Shown here: positions 1 to 8,816 of the stretch, in pieces
How positions within the stretch are numbered: position 1 is the first letter of the stretch
Layout: every line of letters begins with the position of its first letter
From: Candidatus Pacearchaeota archaeon CG_4_10_14_0_2_um_filter_35_33
GTDB lineage: Archaea; Nanobdellota; Nanobdellia; Pacearchaeales; GW2011-AR1
Assembly (NCBI GenBank): GCA_002792635.1
Contig: PFOR01000012.1
Location: 24,475 to 88,474, forward strand
Direction: 5' to 3'
Length of the DNA: 64,000 nucleotides
Program-made: the position numbers and the translations under genes
The notes under the pieces: model-generated
Database searches by the model: none
Seen by the model: the letters and a program-made list of their open reading frames with translations, nothing else
What the model was told of the DNA's origin: nothing

Positions 1-328
1 CAAGGTAGAATGCCTCCCCTGGGCGAGGATTGATATTTTTCTCCCTGAATACAGATAAAGGGATTGTTTTTACTAATTCTCTTTTTCTGGGTCCAAATCC
101 TTCTTTGTATGGGACATTAACTTTGTATTCCTGGCCTATTTCCTTGTCTTCCAATACTTTATCTAATCCAGGTATTACCATTTGCTCTCCTATAACCACA
201 ATTGTCTTTTGAGGTTCTGCTTTGGGATCCAGAGCTTTTAAATCTTCAGGGATGTTTGAATCGAATATCCGGTCTTGGGTTTTTCCTGTATAAAGGAGTT
301 CTACGAAGTCGCCTTTTTTTGTTTTCAT
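1..328 (-). CDS. slyD: FKBP-type peptidyl-prolyl cis-trans isomerase (SlyD-like), 3' end runs off the window
   Basis: Manual translation from ATG at 328: MKTKKGDFVELLYTGK..IFDSN..VIGEQMVIPGLDKVL..GFGPR, the archaeal FKBP pattern. Not in the ORF track because it is truncated. Confidence 0.9.
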   Translation of the reverse strand, partial: MKTKKGDFVELLYTGKTQDRIFDSNIPEDLKALDPKAEPQKTIVVIGEQMVIPGLDKVLEDKEIGQEYKVNVPYKEGFGPRKRELVKTIPLSVFREKNINPRPGEAFYL

Positions 329-329
329 T

Positions 330-692
330 TTAAAACCCTAAGTAAAATTCATTTAATTGAGAATCAATCTGGTCTATCTGGGTTGGTGTTGCAAAGTATA
401 TAGATACATACCCCTGGGAGCGAATTCCCCCAGAGTAATTTTCTTCATTTTTTTTAGAAATTAGAGAATTTTTGGAAAAGTATGCGTTAGCCATGGTAAA
501 ATTGGTTTCGGTTTTCCAAACATATAGGCTGTGAATTATCCTTGTGTCTTTTGTCCTAGAATCAAGTTCTTGTATTTTATTGAATCCTATGGTGCTCATT
601 CTTCTATCGACCTCTTCTACTAATCTATTTATATCTCCAACTCCACCCATAGTTCCTAAATATCTTTCTGATACATCTGGCTTAGTTTCCAT
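330..692 (-). CDS. hypothetical protein (120 aa)
   Basis: Intact ORF directly upstream of, and co-directional with, the PPIase; no recognisable motif. Confidence 0.6.
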   Translation of the reverse strand: METKPDVSERYLGTMGGVGDINRLVEEVDRRMSTIGFNKIQELDSRTKDTRIIHSLYVWKTETNFTMANAYFSKNSLISKKNEENYSGGIRSQGYVSIYFATPTQIDQIDSQLNEFYLGF

Positions 693-713
693 AATTGTTT
701 TTGATTAGGAAGT

Positions 714-721
714 TTTATAAA
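714..721 (+). promoter_or_regulatory. archaeal TATA box for aIF5A
   Basis: TTTATAAA with a purine-rich BRE-like GGAAG upstream, ~22 nt before ATG 743 (likely leaderless mRNA). Confidence 0.55.
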
Positions 722-742
722 GATTTTCAATTTTTACGGAAT

Positions 743-1132
743 ATGGTGTTAAAACTAATCGATGCGACTCAAGCCAAATCTGGAACTAGTATTTTAATTG
801 ATGGGGATGCCTACACTGTTCGAAGCAATGATATTAGCAAGACAGGAAAGCACGGACACGCCAAATGTAGGATTGAGGCTGTTGGAATTATTAATGGCAA
901 GAAAAAGGTTATGGCTGTCCCGGGACATGAAAGATTTGAAGTTCCGATGATTGAGAAAAGGAAAGGACAGATATTGAGTGTTTCTGGAGATAAGGCAAGT
1001 GTCATGGATCTTGAAAGCTATGAGACTATAGACCTTGCATATGAAGAAGAATTGAAGGGAAAATTGGCAGCAGAAAAGCAAGTAGAGTATTGGGATGTTG
1101 AAGGTGAGAAGATAATTAAGCGAGTTCTATAA
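743..1132 (+). CDS. eif5a: translation factor aIF5A
   Basis: SKTGKHGHAK hypusine loop; C-terminal OB domain (MDLESYET). Start reassigned to ATG 743. Confidence 0.97.
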   Translation: MVLKLIDATQAKSGTSILIDGDAYTVRSNDISKTGKHGHAKCRIEAVGIINGKKKVMAVPGHERFEVPMIEKRKGQILSVSGDKASVMDLESYETIDLAYEEELKGKLAAEKQVEYWDVEGEKIIKRVL

Positions 1133-1166
1133 ATACATTTAAAAATGCATTTTTGTACAAATAGAG

Positions 1167-1337
1167 ATGGCAACTAAGATACCAACCGCACAAAATAGGA
1201 TGTTTAAGAACGTGTTTGTGTGTAAGAATTGTGGACAAAAAATTAGAACTGATTCAGTCAGAGTCATAGCTCAAAAAGTCAAATGTAGGCGATGTGACAA
1301 AAAAGTTTTCAGACCTAAGAAAACAAAGAAAAAATAA
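1167..1337 (+). CDS. rpl40e: 50S ribosomal protein L40e-like Zn-ribbon protein (56 aa, below ORF-track cutoff)
   Basis: Manual translation MATKIPTAQNRMFKNVFVCKNCGQKIR...KCRRCDKKVFRPKKTKKK; CxxC..CxxC..RPKK pattern. Confidence 0.8.
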   Translation: MATKIPTAQNRMFKNVFVCKNCGQKIRTDSVRVIAQKVKCRRCDKKVFRPKKTKKK

Positions 1338-1353
1338 ATAAAGTGAAAAAGAG

Positions 1354-2772
1354 ATGGTAAGTTTTATTGTATATGATTTAGGATTCATGATACTATTTGG
1401 TATTGTGGTTTTCTTTTTACTTCATAAATACAGGCAAAACTTGAAAAGACAGGGATGGATTTTTTTATACCATAGCAAATTTGGATTAAAGTTCATTGAC
1501 TGGACTGCTAAAAAGTTTGAAAAAATTTTGAAGCCTTTACAATATCTTGTCATCACATCTGGATATATCCTAATGGCTATAATTATCTGGATGATTGGTT
1601 TGTCCGCATGGAAGTATATAACTTCTGAAATTCCTGAGCAATTGCAGAACGTTCCTCCTGTAGCTCCGTTGATTCCTTACTTTCCAAAACTATTTGGCTT
1701 GGAATCATTTTTCCCTCCATTGTATTTCACATACTTTTTAGTTGCCCTTGCGATTGTTGCAGTATCTCATGAATTTGCACATGGAATTTTCGCAAGATTA
1801 AACAAGATAAAAGTTAAGACAACCGGATTAGCATTCTTTGGACCGTTCTTTGGTGCTTTTGTTGAGCCTGATGAAAAACAGATGTATAGACAAAAAAAGT
1901 TTCCACAACTTTCTATTTTAGCTGCAGGAACGTTTGCTAATGTTGTTATGACTATTTTGTTTCTGGGAATAATGGCACTATTCTTTTCGTTAAGTTTCCA
2001 ACCGGCTGGAGTTTACTTCAATGCTTATCCACAATCAGTTGTTAATGTGGGCCAAATTGATTCTATTAATGGTAATTTCATAGACGATTTTGAAGATGTT
2101 GAAGAATATTTAGTTGAGGAAGATTTCAATGTGATTGCCGTTGGGGAAAATATGTTTTTAGTTCCAGATAATGTTTTAATACAGGCTGATGAATTAGGGG
2201 TAGAACAGATAATTGCATTTGATGATGCGCCTGCTGTTAGAGCCAAATTAACAGGACCTATCTTAGAAATAGACAATGTTAAAGTAACAAGCCAACCGGA
2301 GCTTTCAAATACATTATTAAGTCATGAGCCTGGTGATACAATTTTGATAAAGACATTGGATGAAAATGAAGGAATTGATATTCAAGAAATAACTCTTGGA
2401 GAAAGAGATGGGAAAGCATATTTAGGAATTGGGTTTATTCTTCCGGAACAAAAAGGATTTATGGGTTTTGTTAATAGGGTGATTCAGAGTATTAAGAACC
2501 CATTAACCTATTACGAGCCCTCATGGGATGGAGATTTCGTGCAGTTCTTGTATGATTTGTTGTGGTGGATAGTTGTGATTAACATTCTTGTTGCATTATT
2601 CAATATGCTTCCTGTTTCAATTTTGGATGGTGGTAGATTCTTCTATCTGACAATATGGGGAATTACAGGAAAAGAATCATGGGGAAAGAAAGCGTATAAA
2701 TGGGCGACATGGTTGATATTGCTTCTTTTGGTATTGATGATGATTAGATGGGTTTTTGTTTTTGCTAGTTAA
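1354..2772 (+). CDS. site-2 protease (M50) with PDZ-like insert
   Basis: HEFAH zinc motif, GAFVEPDE, AGTFAN, NMLPVSILDGG. Confidence 0.95.
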   Translation: MVSFIVYDLGFMILFGIVVFFLLHKYRQNLKRQGWIFLYHSKFGLKFIDWTAKKFEKILKPLQYLVITSGYILMAIIIWMIGLSAWKYITSEIPEQLQNVPPVAPLIPYFPKLFGLESFFPPLYFTYFLVALAIVAVSHEFAHGIFARLNKIKVKTTGLAFFGPFFGAFVEPDEKQMYRQKKFPQLSILAAGTFANVVMTILFLGIMALFFSLSFQPAGVYFNAYPQSVVNVGQIDSINGNFIDDFEDVEEYLVEEDFNVIAVGENMFLVPDNVLIQADELGVEQIIAFDDAPAVRAKLTGPILEIDNVKVTSQPELSNTLLSHEPGDTILIKTLDENEGIDIQEITLGERDGKAYLGIGFILPEQKGFMGFVNRVIQSIKNPLTYYEPSWDGDFVQFLYDLLWWIVVINILVALFNMLPVSILDGGRFFYLTIWGITGKESWGKKAYKWATWLILLLLVLMMIRWVFVFAS

Positions 2773-3064
2773 CCTTTTAAGACTTCTTCGATTCTGTTTG
2801 CAAAAATTTGTACATATTGTCTGCTTGGGGGCCACGGTCAAATAGAAATCTTACATTTGTATCAAACTTGGCGGCTAAAAGCATCATTCCATGCTTTTCC
2901 CATTTGTATATTTCTCATCAAATTCTCCGTTTATTTCTCTTGTAACATTTACTGGATTATCATATTCTCTTAGAATTTTTACAATGGTTGCACAAGGTCT
3001 GACATATAGTCCTTTTTTTCACTACAGTTGACCTTATCTCATAAAATTCAGGATGTTTTATCAT
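2769..3064 (-). pseudogene. HPr (PTS phosphocarrier)-like pseudogene with 2-3 frameshifts
   Basis: Joined frames read TVV/KKGLYVRPCATIVKIL...NGKS/GMMLLAAKFDTNVRF, matching HPr GLHxRP and NxKSxxGxMxLAA. Confidence 0.65.
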
Positions 3065-3082
3065 CTCAACTATTTAGATGTA

Positions 3083-3436
3083 TTAGTTAATGAATTCAAC
3101 GCCGTTCTTGGTGAAAACAACAAACCTTATTCCTACTGGCAACATTAACAAGGATGATATTAAAGCCATGTGTTCTTTTCCGTTTCCTGAAGCGATAGAT
3201 AATGCAACTTCCAGCCCGGAAAGTTTTTCCTTAACCTTCTTTGAGATTTCTTCTCTTAGTTCAATTAGTTTTTTTGAGGAATCCACTTGAATTACCTCTC
3301 CGTTTTCCGGTTTGGGAAAATCCTTGGAATCTTTTGTTTTTACTAATACAATTTTTTCCCATTCGCCTCTGCTTATTAATCCAGTTATCTGGCCGTATGT
3401 TTCTGCATCGGAGCCGAGAAATGCTACTAGTTCCAT
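3083..3436 (-). CDS. stand-alone Rossmann-like protein, CARF-like pattern
   Basis: LVAFLGS / EKIVLVKTKDS / EVALSIASGNGKE / IRFVVF strand pattern resembles CARF motifs. ORF is solid; fold is inferred. Confidence 0.55.
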   Translation of the reverse strand: MELVAFLGSDAETYGQITGLISRGEWEKIVLVKTKDSKDFPKPENGEVIQVDSSKKLIELREEISKKVKEKLSGLEVALSIASGNGKEHMALISSLLMLPVGIRFVVFTKNGVEFIN

Positions 3437-3565
3437 TTTTAGGTTTGGAAGATTAGGTTTATAATCATTTAGATAATATATTATTAGAATATGTGTGGAT
3501 TAGATAAAGAAGTAGTTTAGGATAATAAGAGATAATTTTATAATCACTAGCATCCATATTTGGGC

Positions 3566-4006
3566 ATGGTGAAAGATTTACCGTTAAATGAGATAACATT
3601 AAGGAAGTACGAAAGGCCGTATGATTCTGGGAAAAGAGAGCTGATAAAAAAGGTTTGTCTTAGTCTTGGTTTGTTACAGCCGGGAGATAGCAGAGATGTT
3701 GTTGTTGATATATTGATGGCCTTGGATTCTGCGAGAGTTGAAAGGAAAGAGCTTACATCATTTGAGATGATTGATAGGGTTAAGGCAATTAGAAATGAAC
3801 ATTCCTTGGAAGAAAAGGGATTAGCAGAGAGTAACATTAGAAGACAATTAAAGAGACTCAGAGATTTAATGATTGTTGACAAGAAGGCTAATTTGTATCG
3901 CTTATCAGAGTTCGAACCTCTTTCAGAAATCTTCGAGAGGAGGATTGAAGGATTCCTGATTCCTCAGACAGTTGAAAGGATTAAGGAGTATTTGGAGAAG
4001 TTGTAG
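3566..4006 (+). CDS. winged-helix transcriptional regulator-like protein
   Basis: ELTSFEM..GLAESNIRRQLKRLRDLMIVDK..NLYRL wHTH pattern; divergent from 3083-3436. Confidence 0.75.
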   Translation: MVKDLPLNEITLRKYERPYDSGKRELIKKVCLSLGLLQPGDSRDVVVDILMALDSARVERKELTSFEMIDRVKAIRNEHSLEEKGLAESNIRRQLKRLRDLMIVDKKANLYRLSEFEPLSEIFERRIEGFLIPQTVERIKEYLEKL

Positions 4007-4365
4007 ATGAAACCATATAGGAAAAACTGCGAAGGTTATTTTATGAGGGATAGGAAAGTTTTAGCTAAAGAAAGAGGAAAGTATGTCGAATTTCCGGGTG
4101 ATGGAGTTGAGGAAGATATAGGGGATGGTTTAATTAGAGAGACTTTAGAAGAAACTGGGTATAAGGTGGGTAATTTAAAGAAGCTAGGAGTTTTGCATTT
4201 TTAACTGGAGCGGTAGTTAGATAGTAACTGAAAAGCAGAAGGGAAGAGCCAAGAAATATAGGGGAGAGGAGATGCATTTCTTTACCGGAGATGTTGGGGA
4301 ATCCGGAATTGGAGCATAGGCTAAATATGAAATTAGCTTGTAGACCCATACCTATTGACTTCTGA
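4007..4365 (+). pseudogene. NUDIX hydrolase pseudogene
   Basis: FPGDGVEE..GLIRETLEETG (degenerate Nudix box), frameshift at ~4200, in-frame TAG, then TEKQKGRAKKYRGEEMHFF. The 3' end is approximate. Confidence 0.7.
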
Positions 4366-4571
4366 TGAAGATGTTATGGTTGTAGAAAATGCAGGTGACA
4401 TCACTGTGACAAGAATCCATGGCGAAGACTTTAGATGCCCAGTCTTGCCTTAAATGTGTTAATTTTTTTCTTTTGTCTTTTGTTTTTTGAGAAAGGTTTA
4501 AATACCGTCTATTTCTGGCTCAGATAGGTTTGAGTTGAAGATTAGCATACTTTTTCTTTAATCGATTGAAT

Positions 4572-4751
4572 ATGGCATTTAACAGAAGATTTCGGAGCCC
4601 TTCGAGGGTTAGTAAGATTCAATGTTCTTGCAAAGGAGAAGCAAAACTTTCTTCTAGAAAGAACTATCCTTATGGGAAAAATTCAAGCAGTGTGACTACA
4701 TGGTTTTATAAATGTAAATCATGTAAGAAAGTTACCTTTTTAGATAATTAA
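4572..4751 (+). CDS. small basic Zn-ribbon-like protein
   Basis: CSC...YKCKSCKK; TATA (TTTAAATA, ~4497) upstream; co-directional with the next gene. Confidence 0.6.
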   Translation: MAFNRRFRSPSRVSKIQCSCKGEAKLSSRKNYPYGKNSSSVTTWFYKCKSCKKVTFLDN

Positions 4752-4765
4752 AAAGGAGGTATAAA

Positions 4766-5044
4766 ATGAAACAACAAAGAGATAATAAGAAAGGATTTTC
4801 TGGTAATCGGGGCGGTTCTAGGGGCGGAAGGCCTGGTTATAACAAGAACAGGGGCGGATTTGGTGGAGGAAGTAGAAGCGGATTTGGTGGAGGAAGTAGA
4901 AGCGGATTTGGTGGAGGCAGAAGGGAGCAGAGAGAAATGCATAAAGCAATATGTTCTCAATGCAAGAAGGAATGTGAGGTTCCGTTCAAACCAACGCAGG
5001 GCAAACCCGTTTACTGTAGAGAATGTTTTCAGAACAGGAATTAA
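4766..5044 (+). CDS. CxxC-x17-CxxC domain protein with RGG/Gly-rich N-terminus
   Basis: MHKAICSQCKKECEVPFKPTQGKPVYCRECF; strong GGAGG SD upstream. Confidence 0.9.
   Translation: MKQQRDNKKGFSGNRGGSRGGRPGYNKNRGGFGGGSRSGFGGGSRSGFGGGRREQREMHKAICSQCKKECEVPFKPTQGKPVYCRECFQNRN
4854..4920 (+). repeat. 24-bp coding tandem repeat x~2.8 (SGFGGGSR)
   Basis: gcggatttggtggaggaagtagaa at 4854 and 4878, partial copy at 4902. Confidence 0.9.
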
Positions 5045-5409
5045 GAGGGTTTAAATTAACTGCCTAGTTAATTGCAGTATGAAGAACTCTTTGATATTTG
5101 CTATCCTTGGCGTGTTGTTTATTTTAATTTCAGTAATCTTATTTATTTATATTAATTGAAACAATTTCCAGTCCGAATTGCGTTCCTCATTGTGATTATC
5201 TAAAACACTCTGGCACTTTTAGTCCTTCTTTTGTCTGTGAGATGATTTGTCAATTGAATCCAGATGGTGAAGATTATGTTATCCATAGTCCTGTTTATGT
5301 TCTTTTTGTTTGGCTTGGAATTATTAATATTGTGATTGCAATCATGTTGTTTATTTTTGAAACAAGAAAAGTAAAATCAGAATTATAAAGGTCTTATTGA
5401 AAAAATAAC

Positions 5410-5625
5410 CTAAGAAAAATTATTAAAATTATGAATGCAACCAATGTGACCCCTATTGCTATATATCCAGCCTTTTTTCCTTTTGCTGATTACAGCGATT
5501 AGCACACTAAGAAGAAATGAAGTTAGGCTTTCGGATAATCCAGGAATTAAGTCAGGAAGATAAAAGGGCGAGAAGAAAGCCAGAACTATAATGGCTAATC
5601 CAATGTAGTATAGGTATTTTTTCAT
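5410..5625 (-). CDS. small membrane protein, C-terminus possibly frameshifted
   Basis: Two hydrophobic helices after MKKY. Confidence 0.4.
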   Translation of the reverse strand: MKKYLYYIGLAIIVLAFFSPFYLPDLIPGLSESLTSFLLSVLIAVISKRKKGWIYSNRGHIGCIHNFNNFS

Positions 5626-5673
5626 GAACTTGTTAGATTAAGTTGATATTTAATTTTTTTAGAGGGAGAAAGA

Positions 5674-6179
5674 TTAAACAGCGAGTCTAATTTCTAGTTC
5701 AAATTCTCCGAAGTTTGGAGGTCTGGCAAAATATTCATCTAAGCTTTCAGTGGATATTCTGTAATCATCTTCTTTTCCTAGCCCCCTCATAGTTGCTCCA
5801 CAGAAAGATGCCTGTCCTGGAACGATGTCTGCAAGTCTTTTTTCTTCTCTCGGAACAAAGAGGCCATTTCTAAAGATGGGGGGTCTGTTTCTGGATTTGC
5901 TCTCCAGTTATCTTTTACTCCACTATAACCTATAAAGTCAACTGTTTTCAGCCCTTTTGACATTCCCATATCAGTATTGAGCCACATCGCGGCTAAGAGA
6001 TATTCGAATTAGTTGTCTTTGAAGCTGTGCCCCATAAATAAAGATAAATAGTTAAAGGCTGTTTGAACATTTCTATCATAACCTTCTTGAAAACCATTTC
6101 TAAATACATAAGCTCTGACTGGTGTGCCAAATTCTTCAGGCACATTTATTCTTGCTATGAATGTTGATTCCATTGCCAT
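5674..6179 (-). pseudogene. disrupted hypothetical gene
   Basis: MAMESTFIARINVPEE...FKDN*FEYLLAAMWLNT: ATG 6179 is in frame with ORF 5787-5987 across one TAA; a later frameshift leads to GLGKEDDY...EIRLAV*. Confidence 0.45.
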
Positions 6180-6257
6180 GTAAAATCCAGAGACGGCGAA
6201 TTTTTAAGGTTGATAGTTTCTCGGAACATTTAAATAAATAATTCCCTCTCTTAAGGA

Positions 6258-6551
6258 ATGGTATCAGAGGTGATGGCACAGTTAGTGATTCCCGGTGTTC
6301 TTGGGGGTCTGGGCGGATTAACGAGAGGAATCGTGGGTTTATTGAAAGCTTTATCATTAAGGAGAAAAATTTTATGGTTTTATTATGTGGTTACTGTAAT
6401 TGTTGCTATGATTATTGGGGTTTTTGTTGGGTTGATATTTAATTTTGATTGGCGTCTTTCATTGTTGGCTGGTTATGCTGGGACGGATATTATAGAAGGC
6501 ATTTACAAGTCATTTAAAGTTCAGAAGGTGTATGTGAAGAGGGGACGATGA
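6258..6551 (+). CDS. small 3-TM membrane protein
   Basis: GVLGGLGGLTRG and LLAGYAG glycine-rich helices; TATA ~25 nt upstream. Confidence 0.7.
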   Translation: MVSEVMAQLVIPGVLGGLGGLTRGIVGLLKALSLRRKILWFYYVVTVIVAMIIGVFVGLIFNFDWRLSLLAGYAGTDIIEGIYKSFKVQKVYVKRGR

Positions 6552-6706
6552 AAGAAGTGAAGAAAATGGAAAATAAAAAATCGGGGAAAAAAGCGTTGGA
6601 CTTTTAAGGGTGTATTAAGAGCAATAGCCGTTGCAGTTGTTGCCGTTATCGTAATTCTTTTCATAATTAATCTTCCGGTAGGTATGGCTATGCCAGAGTA
6701 TTAATA

Positions 6707-6922
6707 ATGAGAATTTCAATTTATGTGGATGAAAAGATGATGAGGGCTTTGAAGAAAAGAGCTAAAGATAATTTGCTTTCTGTAAGAGAGATGGTTGAGG
6801 ATATTGTTAGGAAAAGCATGGTTAGTTATATGAAAAGATGGAGGCGGAGAAGAATAAAAGTGGATGATATATTGGTGCAAGCTTTTTCTAGGGATGGGCG
6901 GGGGAAGAAAAGGAAGAGATAG
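6707..6922 (+). CDS. ribbon-helix-helix (CopG-like) DNA-binding protein
   Basis: MRISIYVDEKMMRALKKRAK..SVREMVEDIVR. Confidence 0.75.
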   Translation: MRISIYVDEKMMRALKKRAKDNLLSVREMVEDIVRKSMVSYMKRWRRRRIKVDDILVQAFSRDGRGKKRKR

Positions 6923-6978
6923 TGAGTTCTGATGAGGAAGATTTAAATACCCTCTATCTAAGTATTAATTATCGCTAA

Positions 6979-7027
6979 CTACATCTTCCAGCGATACTAT
7001 CTAGGCGTTGGAAGCATTATGTAGGAG
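6979..7027 (+). promoter_or_regulatory. structured 5' leader of the rpl1 operon overlapping the SD
   Basis: CTACAT-CTTCCAGCG (6979-6993) pairs with CGTTGGAAG-[CATT]-ATGTAG (7006-7024); AGGAG at 7023-7027; TATA TTTAAATA at 6942-6949. Confidence 0.55.
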
Positions 7028-7034
7028 ATACAAG

Positions 7035-7658
7035 ATGGAAAAACTGAAACTGGATAAAGCACTTGAGGAATTGCGGAAAAGCAAGGAAAGGAAGTTTGAT
7101 CAGACAATTGATTTAATTGTGAATCTTAGAGGTGTTGATATTAGAAAGACAAACGTTAGTCTTGTAATAGATGTTCCACATAAAGTTAGGGATAAGAAGG
7201 TTTGTGGGTTTTTAATGGGCAAGAATGATTTGGTTAAGACGATTACTAAGCCGGAGTTTAAGAAATATGCCGATAAAGCAGCTTTAAGACATTTAGTTGA
7301 GGAATATGATTTTTTCATTGCGCATGCTAGTTTAATGCCTGCTGTTGCTACAACATTTGGTAAGGCGTTGGGACCTGCTGGGAAAATGCCTTCGCCTCAG
7401 CTAGGAATTATTACCAAAGAAGATGCTGATGCAATTAAACCATTATTGGAGAAGATATCTAAGAGCGTTAAGATAAGAGCGAAGGAAGCGAGTTTGAAGA
7501 TTCCTGTTGGGAAAGCGAGTATGAAAGATGAAGATATTATTGATAATATTAAAGTTATTTACAAAGCGATTGAGAATGCTCTGCCTACAAAGAAAGAGAA
7601 TGTGAAGAATGTTCTTGTGAAAATGACAATGAGTAAACCTGTGGGGGTAGAACTATGA
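7035..7658 (+). CDS. rpl1: 50S ribosomal protein uL1
   Basis: RKFDQTIDLIVNL, LGPAGKMP, KMTMSKP. Confidence 0.97.
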   Translation: MEKLKLDKALEELRKSKERKFDQTIDLIVNLRGVDIRKTNVSLVIDVPHKVRDKKVCGFLMGKNDLVKTITKPEFKKYADKAALRHLVEEYDFFIAHASLMPAVATTFGKALGPAGKMPSPQLGIITKEDADAIKPLLEKISKSVKIRAKEASLKIPVGKASMKDEDIIDNIKVIYKAIENALPTKKENVKNVLVKMTMSKPVGVEL

Positions 7659-8578
7659 GCAAGGAGAAATATGTTAGAGTTAAGAAGATTCCTGAAGAGA
7701 AAACCCAGTTAGTCAGTGAGCTAGCGGAGAAGATGAAAGGGAAGAAAACTGTTTTGATTGCCAGTATGAAGGGATTGCCTGCAAGCCATTTTAATCAGAT
7801 TAAGAAGAATTTTAGAGGGAAGGCGGATGTTAAGATGGCTAAGAAGAGCATTGTTTTTAGGGCGATTGATAAGACCGAGAAAGGTGCTTTGCATGATTTG
7901 AAGAAAATTATTGGAGCTGATTTTGTTTTATTCTTTTCGGATTTGGATGCATTTGAATTATCTGGAATGTTATCAGATAGCCAGAGTCCTGCTAGGGCAA
8001 AAGCAGGAGATATTGCTCCGTATGACTTGGAAATCGAAGCTGGTATGACTGACTTATTGCCAGGACCTGCAATTTCTGAACTTGGAAGTGTTGGATTAAA
8101 AGTTAAAGTTACTGATGGAAAACTGGAAATCATTAAAGGAGCCATTATTGTTAAGGAAGGCGAGGTTATTAATGAAAATGTTGCAGGTGTTTTAGGAAAG
8201 TTAGACATTGAGCCTATGAAAGTTGGTTTCTTACCTGTGGCCGCATATGATGCTGAATCTGATCAGGTTTACATGGATGTTAAGATTGACAAAGCGGGAG
8301 TCCTAGAAGAGTTGAAGAGTTTGATAAAAAAGGCATTAGGGTTTGCTGTTAACCAGGATTATGTTTGTGCTGAAACAATTGGATACTTTATTTCAAAGGC
8401 TGGAAGAGAAGAGAAGGCATTGGAGAAATTAGTGGGCCAGGATAAAGAGGAAGTTAAAGAAGAAGCTAATAATGAGGTTAATAGTGGGGAGAAGCCTGCG
8501 GAGGAAGTTAAAGAGGAAGTTAAAGAAGAAACTGAAAGTAATGCTGATAAACAGGAGGAGAAAGATGGGGAGAACTGA
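7655..8578 (+). CDS. rpl10: 50S ribosomal protein uL10 (P0)
   Basis: AKAGDIAP..AGMTDLLPGP, acidic tail. Confidence 0.96.
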   Translation: MSKEKYVRVKKIPEEKTQLVSELAEKMKGKKTVLIASMKGLPASHFNQIKKNFRGKADVKMAKKSIVFRAIDKTEKGALHDLKKIIGADFVLFFSDLDAFELSGMLSDSQSPARAKAGDIAPYDLEIEAGMTDLLPGPAISELGSVGLKVKVTDGKLEIIKGAIIVKEGEVINENVAGVLGKLDIEPMKVGFLPVAAYDAESDQVYMDVKIDKAGVLEELKSLIKKALGFAVNQDYVCAETIGYFISKAGREEKALEKLVGQDKEEVKEEANNEVNSGEKPAEEVKEEVKEETESNADKQEEKDGEN

Positions 8579-8816
8579 AAATTTAGCTAGGAATAATAGA
8601 GTATATAAAATAGTTTATGGACATCATGGTGATTTATTAATGGTCAGGGACTCATTTGCTCAAGCTATGCAGGGCAAGATGCCTGCAGAGATGTTTGAAT
8701 TGACAATGGGCCAGATTGGAGCAGACATTTTGGTTGTTAGGAATGGCTTGAATAATATTGCCACCATGGGAAGAGATATTGCTATGTATGATACAGATGA
8801 AAGGGGGAACGAGTAA
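8565..8816 (+). CDS. orphan protein (83 aa) inserted between rpl10 and rpl12
   Basis: ATG 8565 with GGAGG SD; overlaps the rpl10 end; TAATG coupling to rpl12. Confidence 0.6.
   Translation: MGRTENLARNNRVYKIVYGHHGDLLMVRDSFAQAMQGKMPAEMFELTMGQIGADILVVRNGLNNIATMGRDIAMYDTDERGNE

Noticed and set aside
4854-4920. Possible CRISPR array
   Set aside because: Repeats are contiguous, have no spacers, and encode SGFGGGSR in frame; no cas genes in the window.
5079-5400. Hydrophobic ORF fragments
   Set aside because: Multiple stops and no recognisable family; too degraded to call.
6548-6706. Small single-TM ORF needing a frameshift at GGGGAAAAAAG
   Set aside because: Short, no homology evidence, and the required shift is +1, so it is not a canonical -1 site.
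6258-6922. Holin-like plus RHH genes as a provirus or toxin-antitoxin remnant
   Set aside because: No integrase, capsid, toxin or att repeat seen nearby.
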